From: an uncultured Thermoleophilia bacterium
Lineage (GTDB): Bacteria > Actinomycetota > Thermoleophilia > UBA2241
Direction: 5' to 3'
DNA length: 64,000 nucleotides
Assembly (NCBI GenBank): GCA_963702475.1
Contig: CAVPCT010000003.1
Location: forward strand, 800,001-864,000
The position numbers and the translations under genes were made by a program. The notes below the pieces were generated by a model that saw nothing but the letters and a program-made list of their open reading frames with translations, made no database searches and was not told the DNA's origin. Numbering within the stretch: the stretch's first letter is position 1; each line of letters opens with the position of its first letter. Shown piece by piece: positions 29,874 through 41,014 of the stretch.

Positions 29874-31517
29874 CTACCCGGCCGGGGCGCGGTGGGAAGC
29901 ACGGCGCCGCGGCAGAAAAGCGCCGGCCACGGCGCCGGCGGCCGCGGCCAGCGCGGCCACGTAGAACGGCCAGCGGAACGCGGCCGAGACGGCGTCCCAG
30001 AAGATGATCTCCAGCTCGTTCTTGAGCTGGACAAGCACGATGCCCTCGAGAAAGCCGACCTGCGGCGCGATGACCTCGGCGATGGGATGGGCGATCCTGC
30101 GGATCTCGCTCATGCCGGCGGTGGCGTCGATGGTGCGCGCCGAGTCGAGGGCGTCGACGATCTGGTCCTTGACGGGCTGGGAGATGCCGGACTGGGCGCG
30201 CGTGACGGCCTGGCCCTCGTCGGCGGCGTCGTTGACGGCGGCCGTCATGGTGTGCGCGAACACGGCCACGAGGACGGCGACACCGAGAAGGAAGCCGAGC
30301 TGGCGCGCCGTGTTGAGCATGCCGGCGCCGGCGCCCTTGACGTCTTCGGCCAGGGCGCCCATGCCCGCGGCCGTGAGCGCCGGTAGGGAGAGGCCGATGC
30401 CGGCGCCGACGAGCACACAGCGCCAGATGACCTGGTCGAGCGGCGCCGTGCGCGAGAGCAGGCCCATGGCGACCAGGCCGGCCGCCGCCAGGACCGCGCC
30501 GAGCACGGCCAGGGGCCGGGCCCCCACGCGGTCCACGAGGCGGCCGGCGAACGGCGCGATGACGAGGGCGGCGGCCGGCAGGGTGGCTATCGTCAGGCCG
30601 GCCTTGAGCTCCGTGTAGTCCATCATCGCCACCATGAAGATGACGAGCATGAACATGGCGCCCATCATGGCGATGTCCACCGTCATGATGGCGGCGCTGG
30701 CGGCGGCCCACGTGCGGTCGCGGAAGTGCCGCAGGTCGAACAGCGGAGAGGGTATCCTCAGCTCCCAGAGTACGAAGCCGGCGAGGATGGCGGCCGCGCC
30801 GGCGAACAGGCCGAGGATCGGCGCGCTCAGCCAGCCCCACTCGTTGCCCTGGATGATGGCCAGGGTGAGACAGAGCAGGCCGGCGCAGCTGAGGCCCACG
30901 CCGGCCCAGTCCAGACGGGCGCCGGCGGCCGCAGGCGGGCGGCGCGGGATGAGCGTCAGGGCGAGCACGACTCCGAGCGCGCCGACCGGCAGGTTGAACC
31001 AGAAGATGGCCGGCCAGTCCCACGTCTGCACGAGCACGCCGCCGAGCACCGGCCCGAACGCGGCGGCGGCCGAGCTGAGGGCGCCGAACAGGCCGGCCGC
31101 GAAGCCCTGCCGCCGCGCCGGGTACGCCTGCATGAGCAGCGCCAGCGAGGCCGGTACGACGGCCGCTGCGCCGACTGCCTGCACCACACGGAAGGCGACC
31201 AGTACCTGCACGCCGCCTGCCGTGGCGCAGCCGACCGAGGCCAGCGTGAACAGCGCGAGGCCGAGCACGAACACGCGCCGGTGCCCGAACCGGTCGGCCA
31301 GTCGCCCCATGGTCAGCAGGAGCACGGCCAGCACGAGGTTGTAGCCGTTCATCACCCACGAGACGGCGATCACCGACGCGGTCATCGAGCGGATGATCTG
31401 CGGGACGGCTACGCTCATCACGGTGGCATCGGCCAGCGTGAGAAAGATCCCCGGGAGGACGGCGACGAGGACGAGCCAGCCGCGGGTCGGGAAGCCGGCG
31501 TCTGCATCGTGGATCAT
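29874..31517 (-). CDS. DHA2 (EmrB/QacA) MFS efflux transporter
   Basis: DATVMSVA, GRLADRFGHRR, WPAIFWFNLPVG. Confidence 0.92.
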   Translation of the reverse strand: MIHDADAGFPTRGWLVLVAVLPGIFLTLADATVMSVAVPQIIRSMTASVIAVSWVMNGYNLVLAVLLLTMGRLADRFGHRRVFVLGLALFTLASVGCATAGGVQVLVAFRVVQAVGAAAVVPASLALLMQAYPARRQGFAAGLFGALSSAAAAFGPVLGGVLVQTWDWPAIFWFNLPVGALGVVLALTLIPRRPPAAAGARLDWAGVGLSCAGLLCLTLAIIQGNEWGWLSAPILGLFAGAAAILAGFVLWELRIPSPLFDLRHFRDRTWAAASAAIMTVDIAMMGAMFMLVIFMVAMMDYTELKAGLTIATLPAAALVIAPFAGRLVDRVGARPLAVLGAVLAAAGLVAMGLLSRTAPLDQVIWRCVLVGAGIGLSLPALTAAGMGALAEDVKGAGAGMLNTARQLGFLLGVAVLVAVFAHTMTAAVNDAADEGQAVTRAQSGISQPVKDQIVDALDSARTIDATAGMSEIRRIAHPIAEVIAPQVGFLEGIVLVQLKNELEIIFWDAVSAAFRWPFYVAALAAAAGAVAGAFLPRRRASHRAPAG

Positions 31518-31551
31518 GAAGCGAGTGTACACGCTCAGGTAGAATCGGTTC
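31518..31551. promoter_or_regulatory. Back-to-back leaderless promoters
   Basis: TAGAAT-N6-ATG on +, TACACT-N6-ATG on -. Confidence 0.65.
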
Positions 31552-33264
31552 ATGGACGTGCGACAGGTCATCGCCGCGGTGGACAGGCTGGCTCCGTTCG
31601 AGCTGGCGGAGTCGTGGGACCATGTCGGCCTGCAGGTCGGCAGCCCGCACGACGTGCTGGACGCGCGACCGGGGGCCGACGCCGAGGGCCTGCCTGCCGT
31701 GCTCGTCACCCTCGAGGTGGACGACGCCGCGCTGGACGAGGCCGGCCGCCTCGGGTGCGCGGCGATCGTGAGCCACCACCCGCTGATCTTCTCGCCGCTG
31801 GAGCGGCTCACCGACGACGAGCCGAGCGCGCGCCTGGCGCTGCGCGCGGCGCGCGAGCGCATCGCCGTCATCGCCGCGCACACGAGCCTGGACAAGGCGC
31901 GCGGCGGCATCGCCGACGTCGTGGCCGGCATGCTCGGCCTCGAGGCGACCGTGCCGCTGGCGCCGTCGGCCGTGGACGCGTACAAGCTCGTCGGCTTCGT
32001 GCCGCAGGACGACATCGACCTGGTGCGCAAGGCGCTGTTCGCTGCCGGCGCCGGTGTGATCGGCGAGTACGAGCACTGCTCGTGGTCGGTCGGCGGCCAG
32101 GGAACCTTCTTCGGGCGCGAGGGCACGAGCCCCGTGGCCGGACAGGCCGGCCGCGACGAAGTAGTGGACGAGCTGCGCCTCGAAGTGGTCTTTCCGCGGC
32201 GGCTGCGCCGCCGCGTCGTCGCCACCTATCTCAAGGCGCACCCCTACGAAGAGCCGGCCTTCGACCTGTACCCGGTCGAGAACGAGGAGCGCACGCTCGG
32301 GCTCGGCCGGCTGGGCGAGCTACCGGCGCCGGCCACGCTGGCCGGCTTCGCCGCCGACGTGGCCGCCGTGCTCGACCTGCCGGACGTACGGTACGCCGGC
32401 GACCCGGACCGCGAGGTCCTGCGGGTCGCTGTCCTGCCGGGCTCGGGTGCCGAGGCCATCGCCCGCGGGGTCGCGCGCCTGGCCGACGTGCTCGTCACCG
32501 GCGACGTCAAGTACCACGAGGCGCGGCGCGCGCGGGACCAGGGCCTGGCCCTGGTCGACGCGCCGCACGGCCTCACTGAACAGGCCGCCGTCCTGCGCTG
32601 GGCGCGTGTGCTGGCGGAGTCCCTTGGCCCGGAGGTGCGCGTGGAGACATTCGCCAACCCGGGGGTAGGCGTGTGGCACGTCACGTCGCATGGCCGCGGC
32701 GTGCGGCCGGGCGCCGGCGCGAACGACGAAGAGACCGGCGCCGTCGAGCCCGACGAGACGGTGGTGCTCGAGCGCGACATCTTCGCCCCGGAGCCGGCTC
32801 TCCCCGTCATGGACGCGCCGGAGCGTGGCTCCCTGCACCTGGACGGCATCCGCGACGATGAGCGCTACCGCCTGTACACCGACGGCGGCGCGCGCGGTAA
32901 TCCCGGCCCTGCCGGGATCGGCGCGCGCCTGCTCACCTCCGGCGGCGACGTGGCCGAGGAGCTTGCCGACTTCATCGGCCAGGCCACCAACAACGTGGCC
33001 GAGTACCAGGCACTGCTCGCCGGCCTGGAGATGGCGCTCGACCGCGGCGTCGAACGCCTCGACGTCTTTCTCGACAGCGAGCTGGTCGTGCGCCAGGTCA
33101 ACGGACAGTACAAGGTCAAGGACGCAGGCCTGAAGCCGTTGCACGCGCAGGCCTGCCTGCTGCTCAGCCGCTTCCACGACGTCGAGGTGCGGCACGTGCG
33201 CCGCGAGCAGAACGCCGAGGCCGACGCCCTGGTCAATCAGGCCATCGACGCCGCCACGCACTGA
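31552..33264 (+). CDS. Nif3/YbgI dinuclear-metal protein (with PII-like insert) fused to ribonuclease HI
   Basis: ESWDHVGLQVG, SHHPLIF, AHTSLD, AHPYEEPA, GDVKYH; C-terminal YTDGGARGNPG, TNNVAEY, DSELVV, NAEADAL. Confidence 0.9.
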   Translation: MDVRQVIAAVDRLAPFELAESWDHVGLQVGSPHDVLDARPGADAEGLPAVLVTLEVDDAALDEAGRLGCAAIVSHHPLIFSPLERLTDDEPSARLALRAARERIAVIAAHTSLDKARGGIADVVAGMLGLEATVPLAPSAVDAYKLVGFVPQDDIDLVRKALFAAGAGVIGEYEHCSWSVGGQGTFFGREGTSPVAGQAGRDEVVDELRLEVVFPRRLRRRVVATYLKAHPYEEPAFDLYPVENEERTLGLGRLGELPAPATLAGFAADVAAVLDLPDVRYAGDPDREVLRVAVLPGSGAEAIARGVARLADVLVTGDVKYHEARRARDQGLALVDAPHGLTEQAAVLRWARVLAESLGPEVRVETFANPGVGVWHVTSHGRGVRPGAGANDEETGAVEPDETVVLERDIFAPEPALPVMDAPERGSLHLDGIRDDERYRLYTDGGARGNPGPAGIGARLLTSGGDVAEELADFIGQATNNVAEYQALLAGLEMALDRGVERLDVFLDSELVVRQVNGQYKVKDAGLKPLHAQACLLLSRFHDVEVRHVRREQNAEADALVNQAIDAATH

Positions 33265-33344
33265 CCTGCAGATCACCCACGCGGTGGGTAAAAATTACCC
33301 ACGTCGTGGTTGATTTGCGTGATTCCTCGCTGTATCCTGTGGGC

Positions 33345-34588
33345 ATGATCGAACGCCGTCTCGCCCCTCGCCTGCTCGATGCTCTCGGGGATCGCCCGGT
33401 GACGCTCCTCGTCGGCCCCAGGCAGAGCGGCAAGAGCACGCTCGCCCAGTCGCTCGCCTCCGGCGCACACCCGGCGCGGTACCTCACGTTCGACGACCCG
33501 CCGGCACTGGCTGCGGCGGCCGGCGATCCCGTCGGCTTCCTTGGCGACCTCGACGGGCGACATCGTGCTGGACGAGGTCCAGCTCGTGCCGGAGCTGTTC
33601 CGCCCGCTCAAAGCTGCGGTCGACCGCGAGCGGCGTCCGGGCCGCTTCCTCCTCACAGGGTCGGCTCAGGTGCTGTTGCTCCCGAGGCTCTCAGAGTCGC
33701 TCGCCGGCCGCATGGAGGTACTGACCTTGTGGCCCCTCGCGGAGAGCGAGACTCGTGGGGACCGCCGGTTCGTTCATCGATGCACTGTTCGCGGCCGGTC
33801 CACTGCCGTCTCCGGCCGCCTCCGTCATCGATGCCGACGAGATCCGCCGGCTCATCACTCTCGGCGGCTTCCCCGAGGTCCGCACGCTGCGCACGCCGGC
33901 GCGACGGGACGCGTGGTTCGCCTCGTACGTCACGACGATCCTCCAGCGGGACGTGCGCGACATCGCCAATATCGACGGTCTGGTGACGATGCCGGCGCTG
34001 CTCTCTCTGCTCGCCGCTCGGAGCGCGGGACTTCTCAACGCGAGTGAGGTGTCGCGCAGCGCGAGCATGAAGCTGACGACACTCAACCGCTACCTCGCCC
34101 TGCTCGAGACGGTGTTCCTCGTGCAGCGGGTGCCTGCGTGGTCCGCCAACCTGGGCAAGCGCCTGGTCAAGGCCCCCAAGCTCCACTTCGTCGACACCGG
34201 CCTGGCCGCCCACCTCCTGGGGCTCGACGAGGACGGGCTGGCCGATGCGCCGATGCAGTTCGGGGCACTTCTCGAGACCTTCGTCGTCGGCGAACTCCAG
34301 AAGACTCTCGGCTGGTCCGACACCCGGACGCGCCTGTTCCACTTCAGAAGCTCCGACCGCAGCGAAGTGGACATCGTGCTCGAGGACGCCCGGGGCCGGA
34401 TCGTGGGCATAGAGGTCCGCGCGAGCGCGACGCCGTCACAGGCCGACTTCGCCGGGCTGCGCTTTCTGCAGGAGCTGACCGGACAACGCTTCGTGCGCGG
34501 TGTGGTGCTGCACCTCGGGGAGGCTGCACTGCCGTTCGGCGACAGGCTCGAGGCGCTGCCCGTCGCTGCTCTTTGGTCGGGGCGCTGA
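33345..34588 (+). CDS. AAA_14/DUF4143 ATP-binding protein, two frameshifts
   Basis: GPRQSGKST, LDEVQ, LTGS, GGFPE, DTGL, EVDIVLE; TATCCT-N6-ATG leaderless start. Confidence 0.88.
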
Positions 34589-34592
34589 CCGC

Positions 34593-35478
34593 TCAGCGCG
34601 GGCGGGCGTGCGCAGCCGCGCCCGCGCGCGCTTCGCCACCCGCGGGCGCGCCCACGAACCGGATCCCCGTGTCGAACCACACGATCAGCGACAGCCACTG
34701 GCGCTTCTGCACGCGCAGCGTGAAGGGGCCGCCGCGGTCGAAGCTGGACACGGCGCTCGAGGCGCTGACGACGTAGGTCGCGGCCGGCAGCGAGACGAGG
34801 AACCCGGCGTGCCTGGTGCTCGCCACCCGCGCGGCCACCCTTCCGTTCGGCCGGTAGAACAGCGAGAGTCGCGTCGCACGGCTCGTCGCTCGGCTCTTCC
34901 GGCCGCACCACCGGCACGATGGGACCGCGCCGCGTCGTCCCCAGAGCGCCCTGGCGGTACGCGTGCCGGCCCGCGGGGGGTTCGACCGGTGTCACCGTAT
35001 GGCCGGCGTCCTTCGCGTCCGGGAACTCGAGGCCCGTGTCGAGCCACAGGCGGACGCTCCTCGAGTGGCCGGGCCGTACCTTCGTCACCACGTCGTGCGG
35101 GATCGGGAGCGTGCTGGGGCCGGGCAGTTCCGCTGTGAAGCGGTAGGTACCGGCCGCGAGGCGCACCGCGAAGCGACCGTCGTCGCCGGTGCGCAGCGTG
35201 CGCAGGGCGGCGTCCTGGCCGTGCCGGAAGATCCTCACCACGGCCTTCTGCGGCGGCCACGAGAGCTGCGTGCCCCGGTCCCCCTTCGTGAGCGGGCCGA
35301 GCACGACGACTCCGCGCACCAGTCCTGTCTTCGCGCCGGCGGCCGCATGCGCGGCCGGCGCTGCCGCCGCCACGAGCAGCGCGGCCGCGACGATCGCCAG
35401 CAGCAGCGCGGCCGTCGACCCGCGCGGGCGACCGCTACGCTCCCCGCGCTCGCTCCGGTCCTTCGTTCTCGCCCTCAC
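34593..35478 (-). CDS. Secreted protein with two carboxypeptidase-regulatory-like beta domains, frameshift near 34865
   Basis: Signal peptide (AHA); repeats GRFAVRLAAGTY..WLDTG and GFLVSLPAATY..WFDTG. Confidence 0.6.
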
Positions 35479-35557
35479 CGCGTTCCTCCCGGGCCGCTCC
35501 ACGAGCCTCTCCACAGCATGCTCCGAGCCGCCATCAGAGGCCAGCCACGCCGGCGAA

Positions 35558-35586
35558 TTGCACGCCGCCCGCACCCTTGGTATCAT
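35558..35586 (+). promoter_or_regulatory. tRNA operon promoter
   Basis: TTGCAC-N17-TATCAT. Confidence 0.7.
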
Positions 35587-35597
35587 CCCACGGCGCT

Positions 35598-35674
35598 GCG
35601 GGTGTAGCTCAGTTGGCTAGAGCGTCTGCTTGCCATGCAGAAGGTCGAGGGTTCGAGTCCCTTCACCCGCTCCA
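35598..35674 (+). tRNA. tRNA-Gly(GCC)
   Basis: Cloverleaf, anticodon arm TCTGC-TTGCCAT-GCAGA, TTCGA T-loop, CCA end. Confidence 0.97.
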
Positions 35675-35763
35675 TTTTCCCCTCTCGGGGTGCGAGGCAG
35701 AGGACAGAGGCCGATGTGCTCTGTCGTCTGCCTCTCGTCACGTCAGGGGGCGCCTCTTCACCG

Positions 35764-35838
<75 letters not shown>

Positions 35839-35950
35839 ACTCTTTCTTCCTGCACAGGGCCAACTTCTCTGTCTCGTGCCTGACCTAGAATCGGCGTCTA
35901 TGCCGCCGAGGTTGCCGACGGCGCTACCGGGAGGGCATTGCGGGGCACGC

Positions 35951-36265
35951 TCACGAGGCAGCGAAGACGACCTCGGCGATGCGCGCCGCCGCCTCCTCCT
36001 GCATCGCCGGGATCGCGTGCGAGTAGGTGTCGAGCGTGATGGCGATGGTCGCGTGCCCGAGGCGTTCGGAGACGACCTTGGGGTGGATGCCGGCGCACAG
36101 CGTCAGGGTCGCGTGCGTGTGCCGTAGGTCGTGCAGGCGAATCACCGGCAGCCGTGAGCGCTTCACCGCCGCACGGAAGAAGCGGCTCACGACCTCCGGG
36201 TGCCAGGCCTCCCCGTCCTCCTTCGTGAAGACAAGACCAGCGTTTTCCTGGCCGTCTGCGCAGTC
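35951..36265 (-). pseudogene. Tyrosine integrase C-terminal remnant
   Basis: GLVFTKEDG..HP, RLHDLRHT, SERLGH, TLDTYSH; N-terminus missing. Confidence 0.88.
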
Positions 36266-36422
36266 GAGTACACTGGAGTTAACGGCGTGAGGGGCATGTA
36301 CGCCTCGGCCGACTCTTCGCGGACGAAGGCGGTCGCGTGCATCGCCTCGACCAGGCCCTCGTAGGTCTCGGCGCGGAGCCGCTGCCGCCGGCCGGTGTGG
36401 TCCTCCGTGGTCATGCTCAGCA

Positions 36423-37390
36423 TCATCGACCCTCCGCAGTCGTGGCCTCGGGCGCGCGCTCCCTGTCCCTTTGGCGCAGGTACGCGACGACGGCCGGCCA
36501 GTCCGGTTCCCGGGAATCGAACCGGATCAGTTCACCGGTGAACTCACCGGCGCCCTTCGTGTCCCTGTCGTCGATCAGGAAGTCGCCGCGGTTGAGGTCC
36601 TTGTGGTGGGTGAGGATGAGGCGCTTGTAGGCCGCCTCGCCGAGGTGCCGCTTCACCCACTCCAGCTTGTCCGACCAGGCCGACGGGTTCTCCCAGGGCG
36701 CCGTCGAGAGGACGTAGGTGTCGTAGAGCAGCGACAACTCCCAGTGCGCCTCGAGTGCCCCCCACACCGGTTCCATGAGGGCGAACACGCCGGGGATGTC
36801 GTCCTCGTGGCCCTCGTAGGCGGCCCGGACCTCTGCCGGGACGCGGTCGAGCCCCGAGCGGAAGTCGACGAGCACGCCGTCCATGTCCACGTAGAGGACT
36901 TGCGCGGCCGGCAGGCGGCGATGAGCCAGGCGCGCTGGTAGGGCTCGGCGTAGTAGCACGAGATGTCATCCTCGCTGCGCAGCTCGTTGCGCCGCAGCTC
37001 CTCGTCGACGTCGCAGGTGACGACCTCGCCGTGGACGCGGTAGCCGGCGCTCCTCAGGGCCTCGATGAGCTGCAGCGTCGGCTCGCGTTCCATGCCGACG
37101 ATCTCGGTGACGATGTTGCGGCGCTCGGCGACGGCGCGCTTGGCGACCAGGCGCCCGATGCGCTCCATGGGGCCCTCGAGCGGACCGGGGAAGTCGAAGT
37201 ACTCACCGCGGCTCAGGCTGAGGAAGATGTCGACCGCGTCGATGAGCACGTAGCCGCTCGCGTACCTCTCCTTGCGCAGCGTCGTCTTGCCGGCCGCGAC
37301 GCCGCCGGAGATGATGACCGCGACCGGCTTTTCGTCGGCCGGGATCGAGGCATCGTCGAAGAGCCTGTCCACTTCGGCGCGAACGTCCAT
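36423..37390 (-). CDS. P-loop kinase (zeta/AAA_33-like) probably fused to 5'(3')-deoxyribonucleotidase (NT5C HAD), frameshift near 36900
   Basis: SGGVAAGKTT, LIDAVD; then LYVDMDGVLVDF, LSTAPW, HHKDLNRGDFLIDD. Confidence 0.75.
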
Positions 37391-37917
37391 CGTGACCCCC
37401 TCCCGTGGCGACCCGCATACCATGCCTCCAACATCCATCATAGCCGTCGTCGGTGACGGCTCGGGGCGGAGCACGCTCGGCCGCCTCACTCAAGCTCGAT
37501 CCGGATTGCGATCTGCCCGTGCTCGGCCCGGCGATGGGTCGCTGCGTCGCGCTCTCGAGGGCCAAGGAAGCAGCTCACATCGTCAGGCCGGGCAACGGCT
37601 GTCCGTTCTCCTCCTCAAGTAGAGGCCCCTGCTCCGACTCCACCGGTGAGCGATGGCCCTGCTCCGAAGCCGGCGGCTGGCTGGCGAGAGGCCGGCCGGC
37701 CTTCCGAGTAAGGGGGTCGCTCGTCGCTCCCCGACGAGAGGTCGGGTCCATGCGGCACGGCGAAAGTATCAGGCTGAAGCCGAGGTCGAGGGTCTCGACT
37801 GGCGAGGTTGAGCTTCTGGTGCTGCTGAGGCAGGCGGTCGTGGCAATCGCCGCAGCAGTCGCGTGGCTATGTAGCCCATGCCTGCATTGCGCGCCGGCCT
37901 TTCCGACCCCTTTCTTC

Positions 37918-37986
37918 TTGACATCGTCATCGCCTCGTTCTATAAGAGTTCTGAACAAGTGTTCAGGTACCTGAGTGTGTGTTCAG
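37918..37986 (+). promoter_or_regulatory. Sigma-A promoter followed by two TetR-type operators
   Basis: TTGACA-N17-TATAAG; CTGAACA-AG-TGTTCAG (37951) and degenerate CTGAGTGTGTGTTCAG (37971). Confidence 0.75.
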
Positions 37987-38028
37987 CTTCACAAGCTGTG
38001 ATGCTCACTGAGATGGGGGAGCGGGGAC

Positions 38029-38641
38029 GTGGCGGGCCGGACGCCAATCGAACAGCTCAGGCGTTCCGAGCTTATCGACGCCACGATCGAGACCATCGCC
38101 GAGCGTGGCTTCCTGCGCACCACTGTGCGCGACATCGCCGAACGGGCGGGCTGTTCTCCCGCCGCCGTGCTCTACTACTTCCCCCGCAAAGACGATCTCC
38201 TCTCCGTCGCCTTCCGCGAATCCGACCAGCGATTCCGCAGCCGCGTACAGGCTGAGATCGCGCTGTACGAGGGCGCGTCGAAGCTGGACCGCGTCGTCGA
38301 ACTGTGCTTCCCCGAGGGCGAGGAGGAGGCCGTCTGGAATGTGGAGTTCGACGTCTGGGCGTTCGCCAGTCGCGCGGAGGATGCCTACTTCCGGGAGATC
38401 TTCGAGATCGCCAGCTCGGACTGGCTCGAACATCCTCACCGCTGCCGTCAGTGACGCCGTGAGGCGGGGTGACCTCGTCGTGCCGGACGCACGCGCCTGG
38501 GCAGTGAAATTCGCAGCCCTGATCGACGGGTTCGGCGTCCATACCCGAGTCACGAAGCACGTCGACAAGTCCACCGCGCGCAGGATGTTGCTCGCGGAGA
38601 TCGATTCGGTGCGGTCATCGACACGAGATGCGATCGACTAG
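38029..38641 (+). CDS. TetR family regulator, BetI-like, frameshift near 38430
   Basis: RRSELIDATIETIAERG..DIAERAG..YYFPRKDDL; AALIDG C-terminus. Confidence 0.88.
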
Positions 38642-38656
38642 GGGGAAGGAAGGGCC

Positions 38657-39839
38657 ATGGACAGGGCAGATCATAGCGGTCTCACCCGGCGAGAAGTCCT
38701 CAAGTACGGCACCGTGGCCGGGCTCGGCTTCACCGTGCTGCCCGGGCTGTCTGGCCGCGTGCGGTGAGTCTGGGACTACCAGTGCCTCGCCCTCGGCCGC
38801 GGCGAGTGCTGTGGTGGCGAAGCTGAATCCGGTAGCACGGTCAAGCTCCTCGCCTGGCAGGGCTACGACAACAAGAAGAACCTCGAGGCTCTCCTGAATG
38901 ACTTCGGAGTGAGCACGAGCACCACCTACATCGCCGGCGACCAGGAGGTCTTCACGAAGCTCGGGGCGCAGAAGGGCATCGGCGCCTGGGACGTACTCAC
39001 CTACAACTCCGGCCTCGTGCCGAGCCTCTTTGAGATGGGCGCTCTCGAGGGCATCTCGCCCTCCTCGGTGCCCAACTCCGCCGACATCTACCCCGAGTTC
39101 ATGACTCTCGACTTCATCCAGACCGGCGAGGGCGACAAGATGATGGGCATGCCCTTCTCATGGGGCTACCAGGGCTTCGTGAGGAGCGGCGACCTGCCCG
39201 AGCTGGCCAACTGGGACCAGCTCTTCGACGCGAGCTACAAGGGCAAGATCGTCACGGTGAACGATCCCACCACTGCCGTAGCCACCGCGTGCCTCGCCTC
39301 CGGGTTCACCCAGTACGACAAGCTCACAAAGGACCAGCTCGACCAGGTGATGGACTGGTGGTACAGGCTCAAGCCGAACCTGCGCACGATCCTCGGCGAC
39401 TACGGCGTGGCCAAGGACTTGCTAGTGCGTGGCGAGATCGATGGCACCGTGCCAGGCTGGCAGGCGATCGTCGCCTGGGCGGCGGCCGACGGCGCGACGC
39501 TCTACCACGACTTCCCCGAGCAGGGCGTCTACGGGTTCATGGACCTGCTGACGATGGTCAAGGGGACGAAGGACCCGGAGAACGCGCTCGGCTGGATCGA
39601 CTTCACGCTGTCTCCCGAGGCGCAGGCGAACCTCGCCACCGAGATGTCGCAGGGGATCACGAACCAGAAGGCCGTGCCGATGCTCTCGCAGGAGCTGCAG
39701 GACGCCTATCAGTACGTCAAGCCTCTCCGAGAACTTCCAGACCTCGCCGATCCGCAGGCTGCCTCCGTTCCGTGGTGAGGGTGACTACGTCGGCTTCGTC
39801 GACTGGGCCGCCGCGTGGGAGCGTTTCACGGCGGCGTGA
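38657..39839 (+). CDS. PotD/PotF-like ABC substrate-binding Tat lipoprotein, several frameshifts
   Basis: LTRREVLK Tat motif, LAAC, LLAWQGY, MPFSWG, WIDFTLSPEAQ. Confidence 0.8.
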
Positions 39840-39865
39840 CCTCGGCAGCCCTCTCGGGAGGTGCG

Positions 39866-41014
39866 GTGAGCAGCCTGGCGAGCAGCGACGCGGCGGAGGC
39901 CGCGGGCAACGTGGCGGCCGCGAGCGCGGCTGCGCGCACCGAGCCGGTGGTGCGTCTTCGGGGCGTCTCCAAGCGGTTCGGCGAGGTCGTCGCGGTCGAC
40001 GACGTGACCCTCGAGATCCCGCAGGGGCACTTCACGACGCTGCTCGGCCCCTCGGGCTGCGGCAAGACGACCCTGCTGCGCATGCTCGCCGGATTCGAGG
40101 AGCCGGCGACGGGGACGGTCGAGATCGACGGCCGTGACATGCGCGGGGTGCCGCCGGAGCGGCGCCCCGTGAACATGGTCTTCCAGCGCTACGCGCTCTT
40201 CCCGCACCGCAACGTCATCGAGAACGTGATGTTCGGACTCGAGTCGGCCCGCGTCCCGCGCCCGAGCGCTCTCGCTCGGGCGCGGGAGGCCCTCGCCACG
40301 TGCAACATCGAGAACCTCGAGACGCGGCGCATCAGCGAGCTCTCGGGCGGGCAGGCGCAGCGCGTCGCGGTGGCCAGGGCACTCGTCAACCGCCCGAAGA
40401 TCCTGCTCCTCGACGAGCCACTCGCCGCCCTCGACCTGAAGCTCCGTAGACACCTGCGCTTCGAGCTGCGACGCCTGCAGCAGGAGCTCGAGACGACCTT
40501 CCTCTACGTCACGCACGATCAGGGCGAGGCGCTCGCCATGTCCGACTCGATCGTCCTCATGAACGGCGGCCGCGTCATCCAGCACTGCTCGCCCGCGGGA
40601 GCTCTACGACGCGCCCAACTGCGTCTTCGCGGCGACCTTCATCGGCGAGGCGAACGTGCTCGAGCTGCACGGTCCGGAGCGTGGAGCAGGACGTGGCCGT
40701 GGTAGCTGATCGACGGCATCGCCATGCAGCGCCTCCACGCGCGGGCCGGTGCCCGGCGGGCGCCGCGGCACACCTCTACGTGCGCCCCGAGCGCGTCGTG
40801 CTGCACCGCGGGGGTGAGCGGGAGGGCCTCCAGGTGACGGTGACGGACGCCGCCTTCGAGGGCGGCATCGTGCGCTACTGGCTGACGGTCAAGGACGCGC
40901 AGATCGAGCTGGTGGCGGAGGCGCCGGTGCGCGCCGGCGACGAGATCTTCCCTGCTCGGCGCGAGCCTGCAGGCATCGTGGGAGGCGGGCGAGGCCCATG
41001 TCCTCCTTGAGTAA
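39866..41014 (+). CDS. PotA-like ABC ATPase, frameshifts in C-terminal part
   Basis: GPSGCGKTT, LSGGQ, LLLDEP, VTHDQ. Confidence 0.9.
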
